A DNA stretch of 63,963 nucleotides, filler included, from Lama guanicoe (Eukaryota), in the NCBI GenBank assembly GCA_013239625.1. It is 76 parts of 74 records of this genome, joined end to end, with 100 filler letters (N's around TTAATTAATTAA, not from the genome) between each part and the next. Parts side by side here need not be neighbours in the genome. Positions count along the whole stretch, not along the records: positions 11,645 to 12,411 come from MU054043.1; positions 12,512 to 12,975 come from PNXV01005174.1; positions 13,076 to 13,820 come from PNXV01005175.1; positions 13,921 to 15,145 come from MU054045.1; positions 15,246 to 16,892 come from MU054048.1; positions 16,993 to 17,412 come from PNXV01005205.1; positions 17,513 to 18,740 come from MU054051.1; positions 18,841 to 19,746 come from PNXV01005209.1; 68 more parts are not named here. The stretch is one strand, 5' to 3'. Position 1 is the stretch's first letter, and each line of letters starts with the position of its first letter. The translations under genes were made by a program, and so were the position numbers. This document shows, piece by piece, positions 11,645 to 24,733 of the stretch. Under the pieces are notes generated by a model. The model had not been told where the DNA came from and ran no database searches. It saw nothing but the letters and a program-made list of their open reading frames with translations.

Positions 11645-12411
11645 ACAGAATTTAGAATATGGAAAACAGAATATAGAACCCAAAATATAGAAAGTTGAAT
11701 GCAGAACACAGAATTTAGAATGTAGAATACAGAATACTGAATATAGAATTTAGAACATGGAATGCAGAACACAGAATTTAGAATATAGAATACAGNNNNN
11801 NNNNNNNNNNNNNNNNNNNNNNNNNNNNNNNNNNNNNNNNNNNNNNNNNNNNNNNNNNNNNNNNNNNNNNNNNNNNNNNNNNNNNNNNNNNNNNNNNNNN
11901 NNNNNNNNNNNNNNNNNNNNNNNNNNNNNNNNNNNNNNNNNNNNNNNNNNNNNNNNNNNNNNNNNNNNNNNNNNNNNNNNNNNNNNNNNNNNNNNNNNNN
12001 NNNNNNNNNNNNNNNNNNNNNNNNNNNNNNNNNNNNNNNNNNNNNNNNNNNNNNNNNNNNNNNNNNNNNNNNNNNNNNNNNNNNNNNNNNNNNNNNNNNN
12101 NNNNNNNNNNNNNNNNNNNNNNNNNNNNNNNNNNNNNNNNNNNNNNNNNNNNNNNNNNNNNNNNNNNNNNNNNNNNNNNNNNNNNNNNNNNNNNNNNNNN
12201 NNNNNNNNNNNNNNNNNNNNNNNNNNNNNNNNNNNNNNNNNNNNNNNNNNNNNNNNNNNNNNNNNNNNNNNNNNNNNNNNNNNNNNNNNNNNNNNNNNNN
12301 NNNNNNNNNNNNNNNNNNNNNNNNNNNNNNNNNNNNNNNNNNNNNNNNNAAGAATATAGAACACAGTAAACTGAATATAGAATTTAGAATGTAGAATGTA
12401 CAACACACAAT
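11645..12411 (-). repeat. AT-rich heptamer satellite, mostly gap
   Basis: Same 7-mer vocabulary on both sides of the N run. Confidence 0.9.
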
Positions 12412-12511
12412 NNNNNNNNNNNNNNNNNNNNNNNNNNNNNNNNNNNNNNNNNNNNTTAATTAATTAANNNNNNNNNNNNNNNNNNNNNNNNNNNNNNNNN
12501 NNNNNNNNNNN

Positions 12512-12742
12512 GGCATATGTAGAATAGATAAACAAGATTACACTGTACAGCACAGAGAAATAGATACAAGATCTTGTGTTAGCTCACGATGAAAAATAAT
12601 GTGACAATGAATATATGCATGTTCATGTATAACTGAAAAATTGTTCTCTACACTGGAAATTGACACAACATTGTAAACTGGCTATAACTCAATAACAAAA
12701 AGGCAAAGCAGAAATAAACATAAATATATAATTAAAAAAAAG
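12512..12742 (+). mobile_element. LINE-1 3' UTR terminus with A-rich tail
   Basis: cactgtacagcacagagaaat...tgacacaacattgtaaactggctataactcaataa is similar to 4246-4400. Confidence 0.85.
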
Positions 12743-13075
12743 AATATTTGCTCAATCAACTGTTTTCCTGTCATTCAGTCCATAATTCTTTTAGTTGAGC
12801 TTCTTTGATCCCTAGTAGAACACGGACACACTTCAAATTTTCCTCACTTGTAACCTTTGGGATCCAGTATCCTCATGCAGGTTACTTTAGGAGTAGTGTT
12901 ACATATTTGGGGTCAGGGAAGATGAATCTGCCTGGTTCTGAGTTTTCAAGACTTTGTAAACATGAATTAAGTTCANNNNNNNNNNNNNNNNNNNNNNNNN
13001 NNNNNNNNNNNNNNNNNNNTTAATTAATTAANNNNNNNNNNNNNNNNNNNNNNNNNNNNNNNNNNNNNNNNNNNN

Positions 13076-13820
13076 TCCATGTTCTAATATCTATATTCAG
13101 TATTCTGTATTCTATATTCTAAATACTGATTTCTGCTTTCCATGTTCTAAATTCTGAGTTCTATATTCTCTACTCTGTATTCTATATTCTGTGTTCATCA
13201 TTCTATATTCTATATTCTATATTCTGCATTCCGAATTATATATTCTATATTCTGATTTCTACATTCTATATTCTGTATCCAATATTCTGCATTCCGTATT
13301 CTACATTCCATATTGTGTGTTCTACATTCTATATTCTAAATTCGATATTCAGAATTCTGTATTCTATATTCTAAATTCTGTGTTCTACATTCCATGTTCA
13401 TAATTCTGGGTTCAATATTTTCTATTCTATATTCCAAATTTTGTGTTCATCATTCTATATTCTTTATTCTATACTCTGCATTCGGTAGTCTTTATCCTAT
13501 ATTCTGTGTTCTACATACTATATTCTATATTCTATACTCAGTATTCTGTATTCTATATTCCAAATTCTGTGTTCTGCATTCCATGTTCTAAATTCTATAT
13601 TCAGTATTATGTATTCTATATTCTAAATTCTGAGTTCTGCTTTCCATGTTCTAAATTCTGTATTCAGTATTCTGTATTCTATATTCTAATTGCTGTGTTC
13701 CGCATTCTATGTTCTAAAGTATTCTGTATATTCTAAATTCTGTGTTCTGCATTCCATGTTCAATATTCTGCGTTCTATATTCTCCATTCTATATTCTATA
13801 TATGTGATTTTCATTCTATA
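13076..13820 (+). repeat. AT-rich heptamer satellite
   Basis: Tandem TTCxxxx 7-mers. Confidence 0.95.
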
Positions 13821-13920
13821 NNNNNNNNNNNNNNNNNNNNNNNNNNNNNNNNNNNNNNNNNNNNTTAATTAATTAANNNNNNNNNNNNNNNNNNNNNNNN
13901 NNNNNNNNNNNNNNNNNNNN

Positions 13921-15145
13921 AAATAGCATCACTGTGGAATTTGACCAAACATACAAAGAAAAATCCATATCACTCCTCCTCAAATTCTTCCAAAAGATTG
14001 ATATGGAGAGAGTACTCCCAAGCTTACACCATAAGGCCAACATAAACCTGATAACAAAACCACACAAAGACACTACCTAAAAAGACAGCTATACGCCAAT
14101 ATCATTGATAAACATAGATGTAAAAGTCCTTAAGAAATTATTAAAAAGCAGAATCCAACAGCATGTAAAAAAAGATCATACACCATGGTCAAGTTAGGTT
14201 CATCCCAGAAACACAAGGATGGTGTAACATATGCAAATCAATCAATCAATTGTGATACACCATATCACCAAAGAGAGGACAAAAAANNNNNNNNNNNNNN
14301 NNNNNNNNNNNNNNNNNNNNNNNNNNNNNNNNNNNNNNNNNNNNNNNNNNNNNNNNNNNNNNNNNNNNNNNNNNNNNNNNNNNNNNNNNNNNNNNNNNNN
14401 NNNNNNNNNNNNNNNNNNNNNNNNNNNNNNNNNNNNNNNNNNNNNNNNNNNNNNNNNNNNNNNNNNNNNNNNNNNNNNNNNNNNNNNNNNNNNNNNNNNN
14501 NNNNNNNNNNNNNNNNNNNNNNNNNNNNNNNNNNNNNNNNNNNNNNNNNNNNNNNNNNNNNNNNNNNNNNNNNNNNNNNNNNNNNNNNNNNNNNNNNNNN
14601 NNNNNNNNNNNNNNNNNNNNNNNNNNNNNNNNNNNNNNNNNNNNNNNNNNNNNNNNNNNNNNNNNNNNNNNNNNNNNNNNNNNNNNNNNNNNNNNNNNNN
14701 NNNNNNNNNNNNNNNNNNNNNNNNNNNNNNNNNNNNNNNNNNNNNNNNNNNNNNNNNNNNNNNNNNNNNNNNNNNNNNNNNNNNNNNNNNNNNNNNNNNN
14801 NNNNNNNNNNNNNNNNNNNNNNNNNNNNNNNNNNNNNNNNNNNNNNNNNNNNNNNNNNNNNNNNNNNNNNNNNNNNNNNNNNNNNNNNNNNNNNNNNNNN
14901 NNNNNNNNNNNNNNNNNNNNNNNNNNNNNNNNNNNNNNNNNNNNNNNNNNNNNNNNNNNNNNNNNNNNNNNNNNNNNNNNNNNNNNNNNNNNNNNNNNNN
15001 NNNNNNNNNNNNNNNNNNNNNNNNNNNNNNNNNNNNNNNNNNNNNNNNNNNNNNNNNNNNNNNNNNNNNNNNNNNNNNNNCTAAGAGCAAAATTATTAAA
15101 TGGGACCTAATAAAACTTATAAGAATTTGCACAGCAAAGGGAACC
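13921..15145 (+). mobile_element. LINE-1 ORF2 fragments flanking a large gap
   Basis: ctcctcaaattcttccaaaagattga, ccaatatcattgataaacatagatg and, after the gap, KWDLIKL-like coding sequence. Confidence 0.9.
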
Positions 15146-16532
15146 NNNNNNNNNNNNNNNNNNNNNNNNNNNNNNNNNNNNNNNNNNNNTTAATTAATTA
15201 ANNNNNNNNNNNNNNNNNNNNNNNNNNNNNNNNNNNNNNNNNNNNCTAGGAGGATGACCCGTTTTATGTTCCCCAAATGTTTCTAGCAAGTTGCACCAAG
15301 TTTTGTTTGTCTTCTTCAATAGTCCTACCTTACTGCCGTTCAGGGAGACAAGAGAATATTATTTAGCAGGATGTTTAGAAGTAGCTTTCTTTCAAATTAC
15401 ACCTGACAGAGGACAGTTCTTGACCATTGGATACCGTTGTGCTTATAAATTTTAAGGGAACGGGCGACTTTTTTTTTTTTTNNNNNNNNNNNNNNNNNNN
15501 NNNNNNNNNNNNNNNNNNNNNNNNNNNNNNNNNNNNNNNNNNNNNNNNNNNNNNNNNNNNNNNNNNNNNNNNNNNNNNNNNNNNNNNNNNNNNNNNNNNN
15601 NNNNNNNNNNNNNNNNNNNNNNNNNNNNNNNNNNNNNNNNNNNNNNNNNNNNNNNNNNNNNNNNNNNNNNNNNNNNNNNNNNNNNNNNNNNNNNNNNNNN
15701 NNNNNNNNNNNNNNNNNNNNNNNNNNNNNNNNNNNNNNNNNNNNNNNNNNNNNNNNNNNNNNNNNNNNNNNNNNNNNNNNNNNNNNNNNNNNNNNNNNNN
15801 NNNNNNNNNNNNNNNNNNNNNNNNNNNNNNNNNNNNNNNNNNNNNNNNNNNNNNNNNNNNNNNNNNNNNNNNNNNNNNNNNNNNNNNNNNNNNNNNNNNN
15901 NNNNNNNNNNNNNNNNNNNNNNNNNNNNNNNNNNNNNNNNNNNNNNNNNNNNNNNNNNNNNNNNNNNNNNNNNNNNNNNNNNNNNNNNNNNNNNNNNNNN
16001 NNNNNNNNNNNNNNNNNNNNNNNNNNNNNNNNNNNNNNNNNNNNNNNNNNNNNNNNNNNNNNNNNNNNNNNNNNNNNNNNNNNNNNNNNNNNNNNNNNNN
16101 NNNNNNNNNNNNNNNNNNNNNNNNNNNNNNNNNNNNNNNNNNNNNNNNNNNNNNNNNNNNNNNNNNNNNNNNNNNNNNNNNNNNNNNNNNNNNNNNNNNN
16201 NNNNNNNNNNNNNNNNNNNNNNNNNNNNNNNNNNNNNNNNNNNNNNNNNNNNNNNNNNNNNNNNNNNNNNNNNNNNNNNNNNNNNNNNNNNNNNNNNNNN
16301 NNCAGCCAACAGTATAAACGTACCTGCTGTTTAATAATTATGTTTAAATACCTTCCTTTTTATGTTTAACATAAATCCTCAAGTGCTATACTCTCTGCTT
16401 ATTAGCCCACCACTGGGAACTGACTGATCAGAGCCCAATGAGAGATGGCCCTTTTTGGGGCCATGAAGTAAGTTTTCCCACAACTTCCTGCAAATTTCTC
16501 CTCCTTTTATATATGCATTTAAAAATCCATAA

Positions 16533-16760
16533 CAGAAATTTGTTGAGTGCCTAGTAAGTGCTAGTCACTGTATTAAATGTTGTACATATATGTATGTGTG
16601 CGTGTGTGTGTGTGTACAATTTAATCACCCAAACAATCCTTATTCTTATCTTCATGCAAATGAATGTGGCTTAAAGAAGGTAACTGATTTGCCCAAGCTC
16701 TCATTGCCAATAAGAGACCACTGTGGGACTCAGATGTAAGGCCCTATCTCTCTGAATCCA
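16533..16760 (-). mobile_element. MIR SINE relic with an internal (TG)n tract
   Basis: ttgttgagtgcctag...aaggtaactgatttgcccaag matches the antisense MIR core. Confidence 0.65.
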
Positions 16761-17512
16761 TGTTCTTCTAAGAAAAGAAACTCTCTTGGGGTCCTAAGGC
16801 ACAGGGTTACATAACATTTTAAGAAACACTTGTCTTAAATAATAACTACAGAGATTTGACTTACTGTTCTCTTCCTAAAAATGAGAAAAGAANNNNNNNN
16901 NNNNNNNNNNNNNNNNNNNNNNNNNNNNNNNNNNNNTTAATTAATTAANNNNNNNNNNNNNNNNNNNNNNNNNNNNNNNNNNNNNNNNNNNNCTGTTTCA
17001 CCTCATGGACAGGTGATGAGCAGAGATGAATCTGCTGTCACATCAAGATCACCCTCTCCACACAGCGCAAAGTCCGATATCCTTGGCACCATATATAAAA
17101 ACTTGGACACATTCTACTATTCTAAATATTTAAATAATATTGAATCTTTAAACAATATACTCTTCTGGTCAGTCATCTTCAAAAGAACATGGCAATAGTC
17201 ATTTTTCCCTTCTCTCTTATATCTTGTGAGGGATTATGTGGCATTTTGTTAAGAGCAGAGATCTGTTTAGGACCCATCCTCCCAGGATACTTGGTTACAG
17301 GAACCAGACCACCCCCACTGTGGTCTTAAGTAACGTGAACATTTGTGTCAGGAAGGCCTTGAAAACATGAATAAAGGGGGCAATGGGTCCAACAGGCATT
17401 GAAAGTGATGCTNNNNNNNNNNNNNNNNNNNNNNNNNNNNNNNNNNNNNNNNNNNNTTAATTAATTAANNNNNNNNNNNNNNNNNNNNNNNNNNNNNNNN
17501 NNNNNNNNNNNN

Positions 17513-18740
17513 ATTCTACATTCTTTATTCTATATTCTATATTGTGTGTTCTACATTCTATTTTCTAAATTCTGTATTCAGTATACTGTATTCTATATTC
17601 TAAATTCTGTGTTCTGCACCCATGTTCTAAATTCTGGGTTCTATATTTTCTTATCTATATTCTATATTCTGTGTTCTAAATTCTAAATTCTATATTCTAT
17701 ATTTAGTAATCTGTATACTATATTCTAANNNNNNNNNNNNNNNNNNNNNNNNNNNNNNNNNNNNNNNNNNNNNNNNNNNNNNNNNNNNNNNNNNNNNNNN
17801 NNNNNNNNNNNNNNNNNNNNNNNNNNNNNNNNNNNNNNNNNNNNNNNNNNNNNNNNNNNNNNNNNNNNNNNNNNNNNNNNNNNNNNNNNNNNNNNNNNNN
17901 NNNNNNNNNNNNNNNNNNNNNNNNNNNNNNNNNNNNNNNNNNNNNNNNNNNNNNNNNNNNNNNNNNNNNNNNNNNNNNNNNNNNNNNNNNNNNNNNNNNN
18001 NNNNNNNNNNNNNNNNNNNNNNNNNNNNNNNNTTCTAAATTCTGTGTTCTATATTCTCTACTCTATATTCTATATTCTGTGTTCTACATTCCATATTTTA
18101 AATTCTATATTCAGTATTCTGTATTCTATATACTATATTATGTGTTCTGCATTCTATATTCTAAATTCTATATTCAGTAATTTGTATTTTATATTCTAAT
18201 TTCTGTGTTCTGCATTCCATATTCTAAATTCTGGGTTCTATAGTCTTTTTTCCAAATTCTAAATTCTGTGTTGGACATTCTATATTCTGTATTCAATATT
18301 CTGCATTCCGTAGTTTACATTCCATATTCTGTGTTCTACATTCCATATTTTAAATTCGATATTCAGTATTCTGTATTCTATATTCTAAATTCTGTGTTCT
18401 ATATTGTATATTCATATTCTATATTCAGTATTCGATATTCTATATTCTATATTCTGTGTTCTGCATTCCATGATCTNNNNNNNNNNNNNNNNNNNNNNNN
18501 NNNNNNNNNNNNNNNNNNNNNNNNNNNNNNNNNNNNNNNNNNNNNNNNNNNNNNNNNNNNNNNNNNNNNNNNNNNNNNNNNNNNNNNNNNNNNNNNNNNN
18601 NNNNNNNNNNNNNNNNNNNNNNNNNNNNNNNNNNNNNNNNNNNNNNNNNNNNNNNTGATTCTATATTCAGTATTCTGAATTCTATATTTTGTATTCTGTG
18701 TTCTACATTCTATATTCTAAATCTATATTCAGTATTCTGT
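17513..18740 (+). repeat. AT-rich heptamer satellite, gapped
   Basis: Tandem TTCxxxx 7-mers. Confidence 0.95.
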
Positions 18741-19846
18741 NNNNNNNNNNNNNNNNNNNNNNNNNNNNNNNNNNNNNNNNNNNNTTAATTAATTAANNNN
18801 NNNNNNNNNNNNNNNNNNNNNNNNNNNNNNNNNNNNNNNNAACAAATGTCAATTTAATAAGAAAATGATTTACGTCTTCCATCTGATCACCTTCTCTATT
18901 TCATGGCTAGTCTGAGTCCCAAAGGAAATCCTTATTTCCCCTCTTATAAACTCTTGGGGGCACCCTTCTCTTCCAGTCCACCACCTGTTTAAACTGAGGG
19001 AGGGGATGCCTCCTCCCCACTCCTCTGGGCCATGGGAGACTGCTTCTCCTTTCACACCCCTGAACCCTGGCCCACGGCTAGCCCTCCTCGCACTAACAGA
19101 TTGAGGTGTGAGTCCGGGGTGACAAACAGGGCATACGAAACCTTTCCTTTCCCTCCAATGTTGGCCACCCTTAGGAAGCACCTGGGATGCTCAGCTCCAT
19201 GGCAAGACAGCCCTGTACATTATGGGTCAGATCCTCTCAAGGGAAGGCTTGCTGTGGCCCAGAGTTACGTGGGACAGCGTGAGTCTCTAATTCTGGGACA
19301 TAGTGTCATGACACCCACTCTCCCACAGCACTGAATTTCATAGAGAACATGGCTTCATCAGTAATAAAGGAGACATTTATCGCCTGCCTGTTCTTCTTTG
19401 TTATCTGTCAGGTGGCTGCTGGAGACAACATGTGTATAAGTATTGGGTCCCCTTAAGCCCCAACATATATGAAATAACAAAAAATTCTGTGGGTTAAATT
19501 CTGTGGCATTGGTTCAGGGCGACTGTGTAACACTTCTGACTCTGCTGATGCTAAATTATGAATATAGGAACTATGGAACCTCCTCAAATATCTTTCTTCA
19601 TAAAACCACCTTTTCTTATTTTCCTGTTTCTCAGTAATTGCCAAAGACTATCAAATGATGGCTTCACACGAAACAGCAGTTAAGTTTATGAGCCCTTTTG
19701 ACATACACACTGTGCTAAACACTTTACATAATTTCTAATTCTCACANNNNNNNNNNNNNNNNNNNNNNNNNNNNNNNNNNNNNNNNNNNNTTAATTAATT
19801 AANNNNNNNNNNNNNNNNNNNNNNNNNNNNNNNNNNNNNNNNNNNN

Positions 19847-21214
19847 CTCTATTCTATATTCTATATCCTGTGTACTACATTTTATAGTCTAAATCCTATT
19901 TTCAGCGTTCTGTATTCTTATTCTAAATTCTGTGTTCTGCATTCCATGTTCTAAATTCTGGGTTCTATATTCTGTTTTATATATTTTATATTATGTGTTC
20001 TACATTCTTTATTATTATTCTAAATTCTGCATTCCGTATTCTACATTATATATTCTGCGTTCTACCTTCTATTTTCTAAATTCTATTTTGTGTATTCTGT
20101 ATTCTATATTCTAAATTCTGTGTTCTGCGTTCCATGTTCTAAATTCTCTTTTCTATATTCTATAATCTGTGTTCCTCTTTCATATTCTAAATTCTGTATT
20201 CACTATTTTGTATTCTATACATTAAATTCTATTCTCTGCAATCCATTTTTAAATTCTGGGTTCTATATTCTATTTTATATATTCTATAATCTGTGTTCTT
20301 CATTCTAGATTCTACATTCTAAATTCTGCATTCCGTATTCTTATTCTAATTTCTGTGTTCTGCATTCCATGTTCTAAATTCTGGGTTCTATTTATTTTCC
20401 TATATTCTATATACTGTTTCTACATTCTATAGTCTAAATTCTATACTCNNNNNNNNNNNNNNNNNNNNNNNNNNNNNNNNNNNNNNNNNNNNNNNNNNNN
20501 NNNNNNNNNNNNNNNNNNNNNNNNNNNNNNNNNNNNNNNNNNNNNNNNNNNNNNNNNNNNNNNNNNNNNNNNNNNNNNNNNNNNNNNNNNNNNNNNNNNN
20601 NNNNNNNNNNNNNNNNNNNNNNNNNNNNNNNNNNNNNNNNNNNNNNNNNNNNNNNNNNNNNNNNNNNNNNNNNNNNNNNNNNNNNNNNNNNNNNNNNNNN
20701 NNNNNNNNNNNNNNNNNNNNNNNNNNNNNNNNNNNNNNNNNNNNNNNNNNNNNNNNNNNNNNNNNNNNNNNNNNNNNNNNNNNNNNNNNNNNNNNNNNNN
20801 NNNNNNNNNNNNNNNNNNNNNNNNNNNNNNNNNNNNNNNNNNNNNNNNNNNNNNNNNNNNNNNNNNNNNNNNNNNNNNNNNNNNNNNNNNNNNNNNNNNN
20901 NNNNNNNNNNNNNNNNNNNNNNNNNNNNNNNNNNNNNNNNNNNNNNNNNNNNNNNNNNNNNNNNNNNNNNNNNNNNNNNNNNCATTCTATATGCTAAATT
21001 CTATATTCAATATTCTGTATTCTATATTCTATATTCTGTGTTCTGTATAACATGTTCTAAATTCTATATTCTATATTTTATGTTCTACATTCAATATTCT
21101 AAATTCTATATTCAGTATCCTGTGTTCTGTATTCTAAATTCTGTGTCTGAATTCCATGTTCTAATTTCTATGTTCTAAATCCTAAATTCTGTATTCTTTA
21201 TTCTATGTTCTAAA
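19847..21214 (+). repeat. AT-rich heptamer satellite, gapped
   Basis: Tandem TTCxxxx 7-mers. Confidence 0.95.
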
Positions 21215-21314
21215 NNNNNNNNNNNNNNNNNNNNNNNNNNNNNNNNNNNNNNNNNNNNTTAATTAATTAANNNNNNNNNNNNNNNNNNNNNNNNNNNNNN
21301 NNNNNNNNNNNNNN

Positions 21315-22139
21315 GCTGCGTGGAGTTGTCTCTCGAGCTCCCCCACGCACTGACAATTTTTACAGAACGCTGAGCGTCGGGAGGTTCCACCAATGGTCGT
21401 CAGCGCGTGGGTTCTAATGGAATGCGTAAGCTCGTCACCCATGGGTTTTCCTAATGTCTCTGTGCCAGGGAACACTAATGGTGATTACATGAAATCCCAG
21501 AGACAGAGGCTGCCTCACTAAGGACAGGGAAGATATTTCTCGGACTTCCCATGGACCGGGAAGACCTGTGACTGAAGAGAGCTGCGTGGAGTTGTCTCTC
21601 GAGCTCCCTACGCACAGAAAATATATCCGGAATCCTGAGCGTGGGGAGGTTCCACCAACGGTCGGCAGCGCGTGNNNNNNNNNNNNNNNNNNNNNNNNNN
21701 NNNNNNNNNNNNNNNNNNNNNNNNNNNNNNNNNNNNNNNNNNNNNNNNNNNNNNNNNNNNNNNNNNNNNNNNNNNNNNNNNCAGCGGCTGCCTCCCCAAG
21801 GTCAGGGAAGCTATTTCTCGGACTTCCCCCTAACAGGGAACACCTGTGACTGAAGAGAGCTGCGTGGAGATGTCTCTCGAGCTCCACCACGCACAAACAA
21901 TGGTTCCGGAATCCTGAGCGTGGGGAGCTTCCACCAAGAGTCGGCAGCGCGTGCGTTCTAAAGGATTGCCTATGCTAGTCTCCCCTGATGATTTTCCTAA
22001 TGTCTGGCTGCCAGGGAATGCTAGAGATCTACGTTGCAATTCCCAGGGTCATCAGCTGCCCCCCCAAGGTCAAGGAAAGTATTTCTTTGAATTTTCCCGA
22101 ACAGGGAACACCTGTGACTGAAGAGAGCTGCGTGGAGTT
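21315..22139 (+). repeat. 267-bp GC-rich satellite, ~3 monomers, gapped
   Basis: Repeats of gtgactgaagagagctgcgtggagttgtctctcgagctcc and ccggaatcctgagcgtgggga. Confidence 0.95.
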
Positions 22140-22239
22140 NNNNNNNNNNNNNNNNNNNNNNNNNNNNNNNNNNNNNNNNNNNNTTAATTAATTAANNNNN
22201 NNNNNNNNNNNNNNNNNNNNNNNNNNNNNNNNNNNNNNN

Positions 22240-23107
22240 TCTAAATTATGTGTTCTGCATTTAATGTTCTAAATTCTGTATTCAAATTCTCTATTCTACA
22301 TTCTATATTCTGTGTTCTACATTCTATATTATAAATTCTAAATTCTACATTACATAATATATTCTATATTATTCTATATTATAAATTCTATATTCAGTAT
22401 ACTTTGTTCTATATTTTAAATTCTCTGTTCTACCTTCTATATTCTAAATTGTATATTCAGTATTCTGTATTCTATATTTGACAATCTGAGTTCTGATTTC
22501 CATGTTCCAAAATCTGGCTTCAGTATTCTGTAATCTATATTTTTTATTGTGTTTTCTACATTCTATATTCTAAATATATATTCAGTATTATGTATTCTAT
22601 ATTCTATATTCTGTGTTCTACATTCATTTTTTTAATTATTTATTAAGTATTCTGTATATTATATTCTAAATTCTGTGTGCTGCATTGCATATTGTAAATT
22701 CTGGGTTCTATATTCTCCTTTATATATTCTATATACTGTGTTTACATTCAATATTTTAAATTCTATATTCAATATTCTGTATTCTATATTCTAAATTCTG
22801 TGTTCTACATTATATATTCTAAATTCTATATTCAATATTCTGTATTCTATATTCTAAATTCTGTGTTCTACATTATATATTCTAAATTCTATATTCAATA
22901 TTCTGTATTCTATATTCTAAATTCTGTGTTCTACATTATATATTCTAAATTCTATATTCAATATTCTGTATTCTATATTCTAAATTCTGTGTTCTGCATT
23001 CCATGTTCTAAATTCTAGGTTCTATATCCTCTATTCTATATTCTATATACTGTGTTATATATTCTATACTCTAAATCCTATATTCAGCGTTCTTTATTCT
23101 ATATTCT
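22240..23107 (+). repeat. AT-rich heptamer satellite with perfect 63-bp higher-order repeats
   Basis: ttctatattcaata recurs at 22761, 22824, 22887 and 22950. Confidence 0.95.
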
Positions 23108-23279
23108 NNNNNNNNNNNNNNNNNNNNNNNNNNNNNNNNNNNNNNNNNNNNTTAATTAATTAANNNNNNNNNNNNNNNNNNNNNNNNNNNNNNNNNNNNN
23201 NNNNNNNACAAATTTGAGATCTGAATTTATAATGATTGTATCTTTTATTTATGTGGTTTTATTTACAGGTGACTTGTTT

Positions 23280-23658
23280 GTCATTTAACAAGTATTTTTT
23301 GAGCTCCTGGCATGTGCCAAACACTGTTTTTAGGTACTAGANNNNNNNNNNNNNNNNNNNNATAGAGTGGTAAGTAAGACAGTCTCTACTTTTGTGGAGC
23401 ACATACTGTAGTTTGGGAGTGGAGAGTGAGAAAAGGGAAAACAAATAAAAAGCAAAACAGTAAACAAGATAATTTATGAGCAGTGTTGTAAAAATAGAGA
23501 AATGGGGTGATGGGTCAAGATTGAGGTGTAGGGCCCAGGTAGATACTGCATAGAAAGATTCAGATAGGACAGAGAAGGTTCTCTGTGGAGATGATTTTTA
23601 ACCTGAGATCTTGACGAGGAGAATGGGTTGGCCATGGGGAGAACATTCCAGGCAGAGG
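23280..23658 (-). mobile_element. L2 (LINE-2) 3' fragment
   Basis: tcatttaacaagtattttttgagctcctggcatgtgccaaacactg...aacattccaggcagagg matches the antisense L2 3' end. Confidence 0.75.
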
Positions 23659-23758
23659 NNNNNNNNNNNNNNNNNNNNNNNNNNNNNNNNNNNNNNNNNN
23701 NNTTAATTAATTAANNNNNNNNNNNNNNNNNNNNNNNNNNNNNNNNNNNNNNNNNNNN

Positions 23759-24048
23759 AGTGTGTATCCACAAATCCCAAACTCCTAATTTATTTCTCCC
23801 CCACATTTCCCTTTGATAACCATAAGTTTATTTTCTGTGTCTGTGAGTCTGTTTCTGTGTTATAAATAAGTTTATTTGTGTCACATTTTAGATTACACAT
23901 ATAAGTGATATCATATGATATTTGTCTTACTTCACTTAGTATGATAATCTCTAGATCCATCTATGTTGCTGCAAATGGCATTATTTCATTTTTTATGGCT
24001 CAGTACTATTGCATTATATGTATACACCACATCTTCTTTATCCATTCA
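23759..24048 (-). mobile_element. LINE-1 3' UTR fragment
   Basis: cacatataagtgatatcatatgatatttgtc and tgttgctgcaaatggcattatttcatt. Confidence 0.9.
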
Positions 24049-24733
24049 GCAGGTAGACTATTTTTACCAGTATGATTCTACTGAATGATGCTGGTACAGA
24101 ATATCTCCAAAGGACATACAAGAAACTGAATGGTGGTTGTTTTCAGGGAAGGGGACTGGGAGGCTGCAGCACCATATTTCCTTTTGTACCTTTTGAATTT
24201 TATATCTATATTTGTGTTAGTAAATTAAAAGATAAATAAAAAAAAAAANNNNNNNNNNNNNNNNNNNNNNNNNNNNNNNNNNNNNNNNNNNNNNNNNNNN
24301 NNNNNNNNNNNNNNNNNNNNNNNNNNNNNNNNNNNNNNNNNNNNNNNNNNNNNNNNNNNNNNNNNNNNNNNNNNNNNNNNNNNNNNNNNNNNNNNNNNNN
24401 NNACTGTGGCACGTAAAACACAATTCATAAAAAGCAATAGCACCTTTACAGTAATTTTTGGTCCTTATCTATTTTTTTCCCAATTAATGTATACTAAATG
24501 TATAACTATTATCACGAGGAGGTCCAAAGACCATTCTGTTTTTGAATATTGATTAGGGGTTCTTCACTGGGGATGTGCTCCAGGAGAGACAGAGTGAAAA
24601 AAGCAAGAAGAGAAGGGAGCCAGGAGAAGGCCCNNNNNNNNNNNNNNNNNNNNNNNNNNNNNNNNNNNNNNNNNNNNTTAATTAATTAANNNNNNNNNNN
24701 NNNNNNNNNNNNNNNNNNNNNNNNNNNNNNNNN

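Noticed and set aside
14185..16317. Long ORFs of 270-320 aa in the ORF track (also 11593-12408 and 40666-41481)
   Set aside because: Composed almost entirely of X from N gaps.
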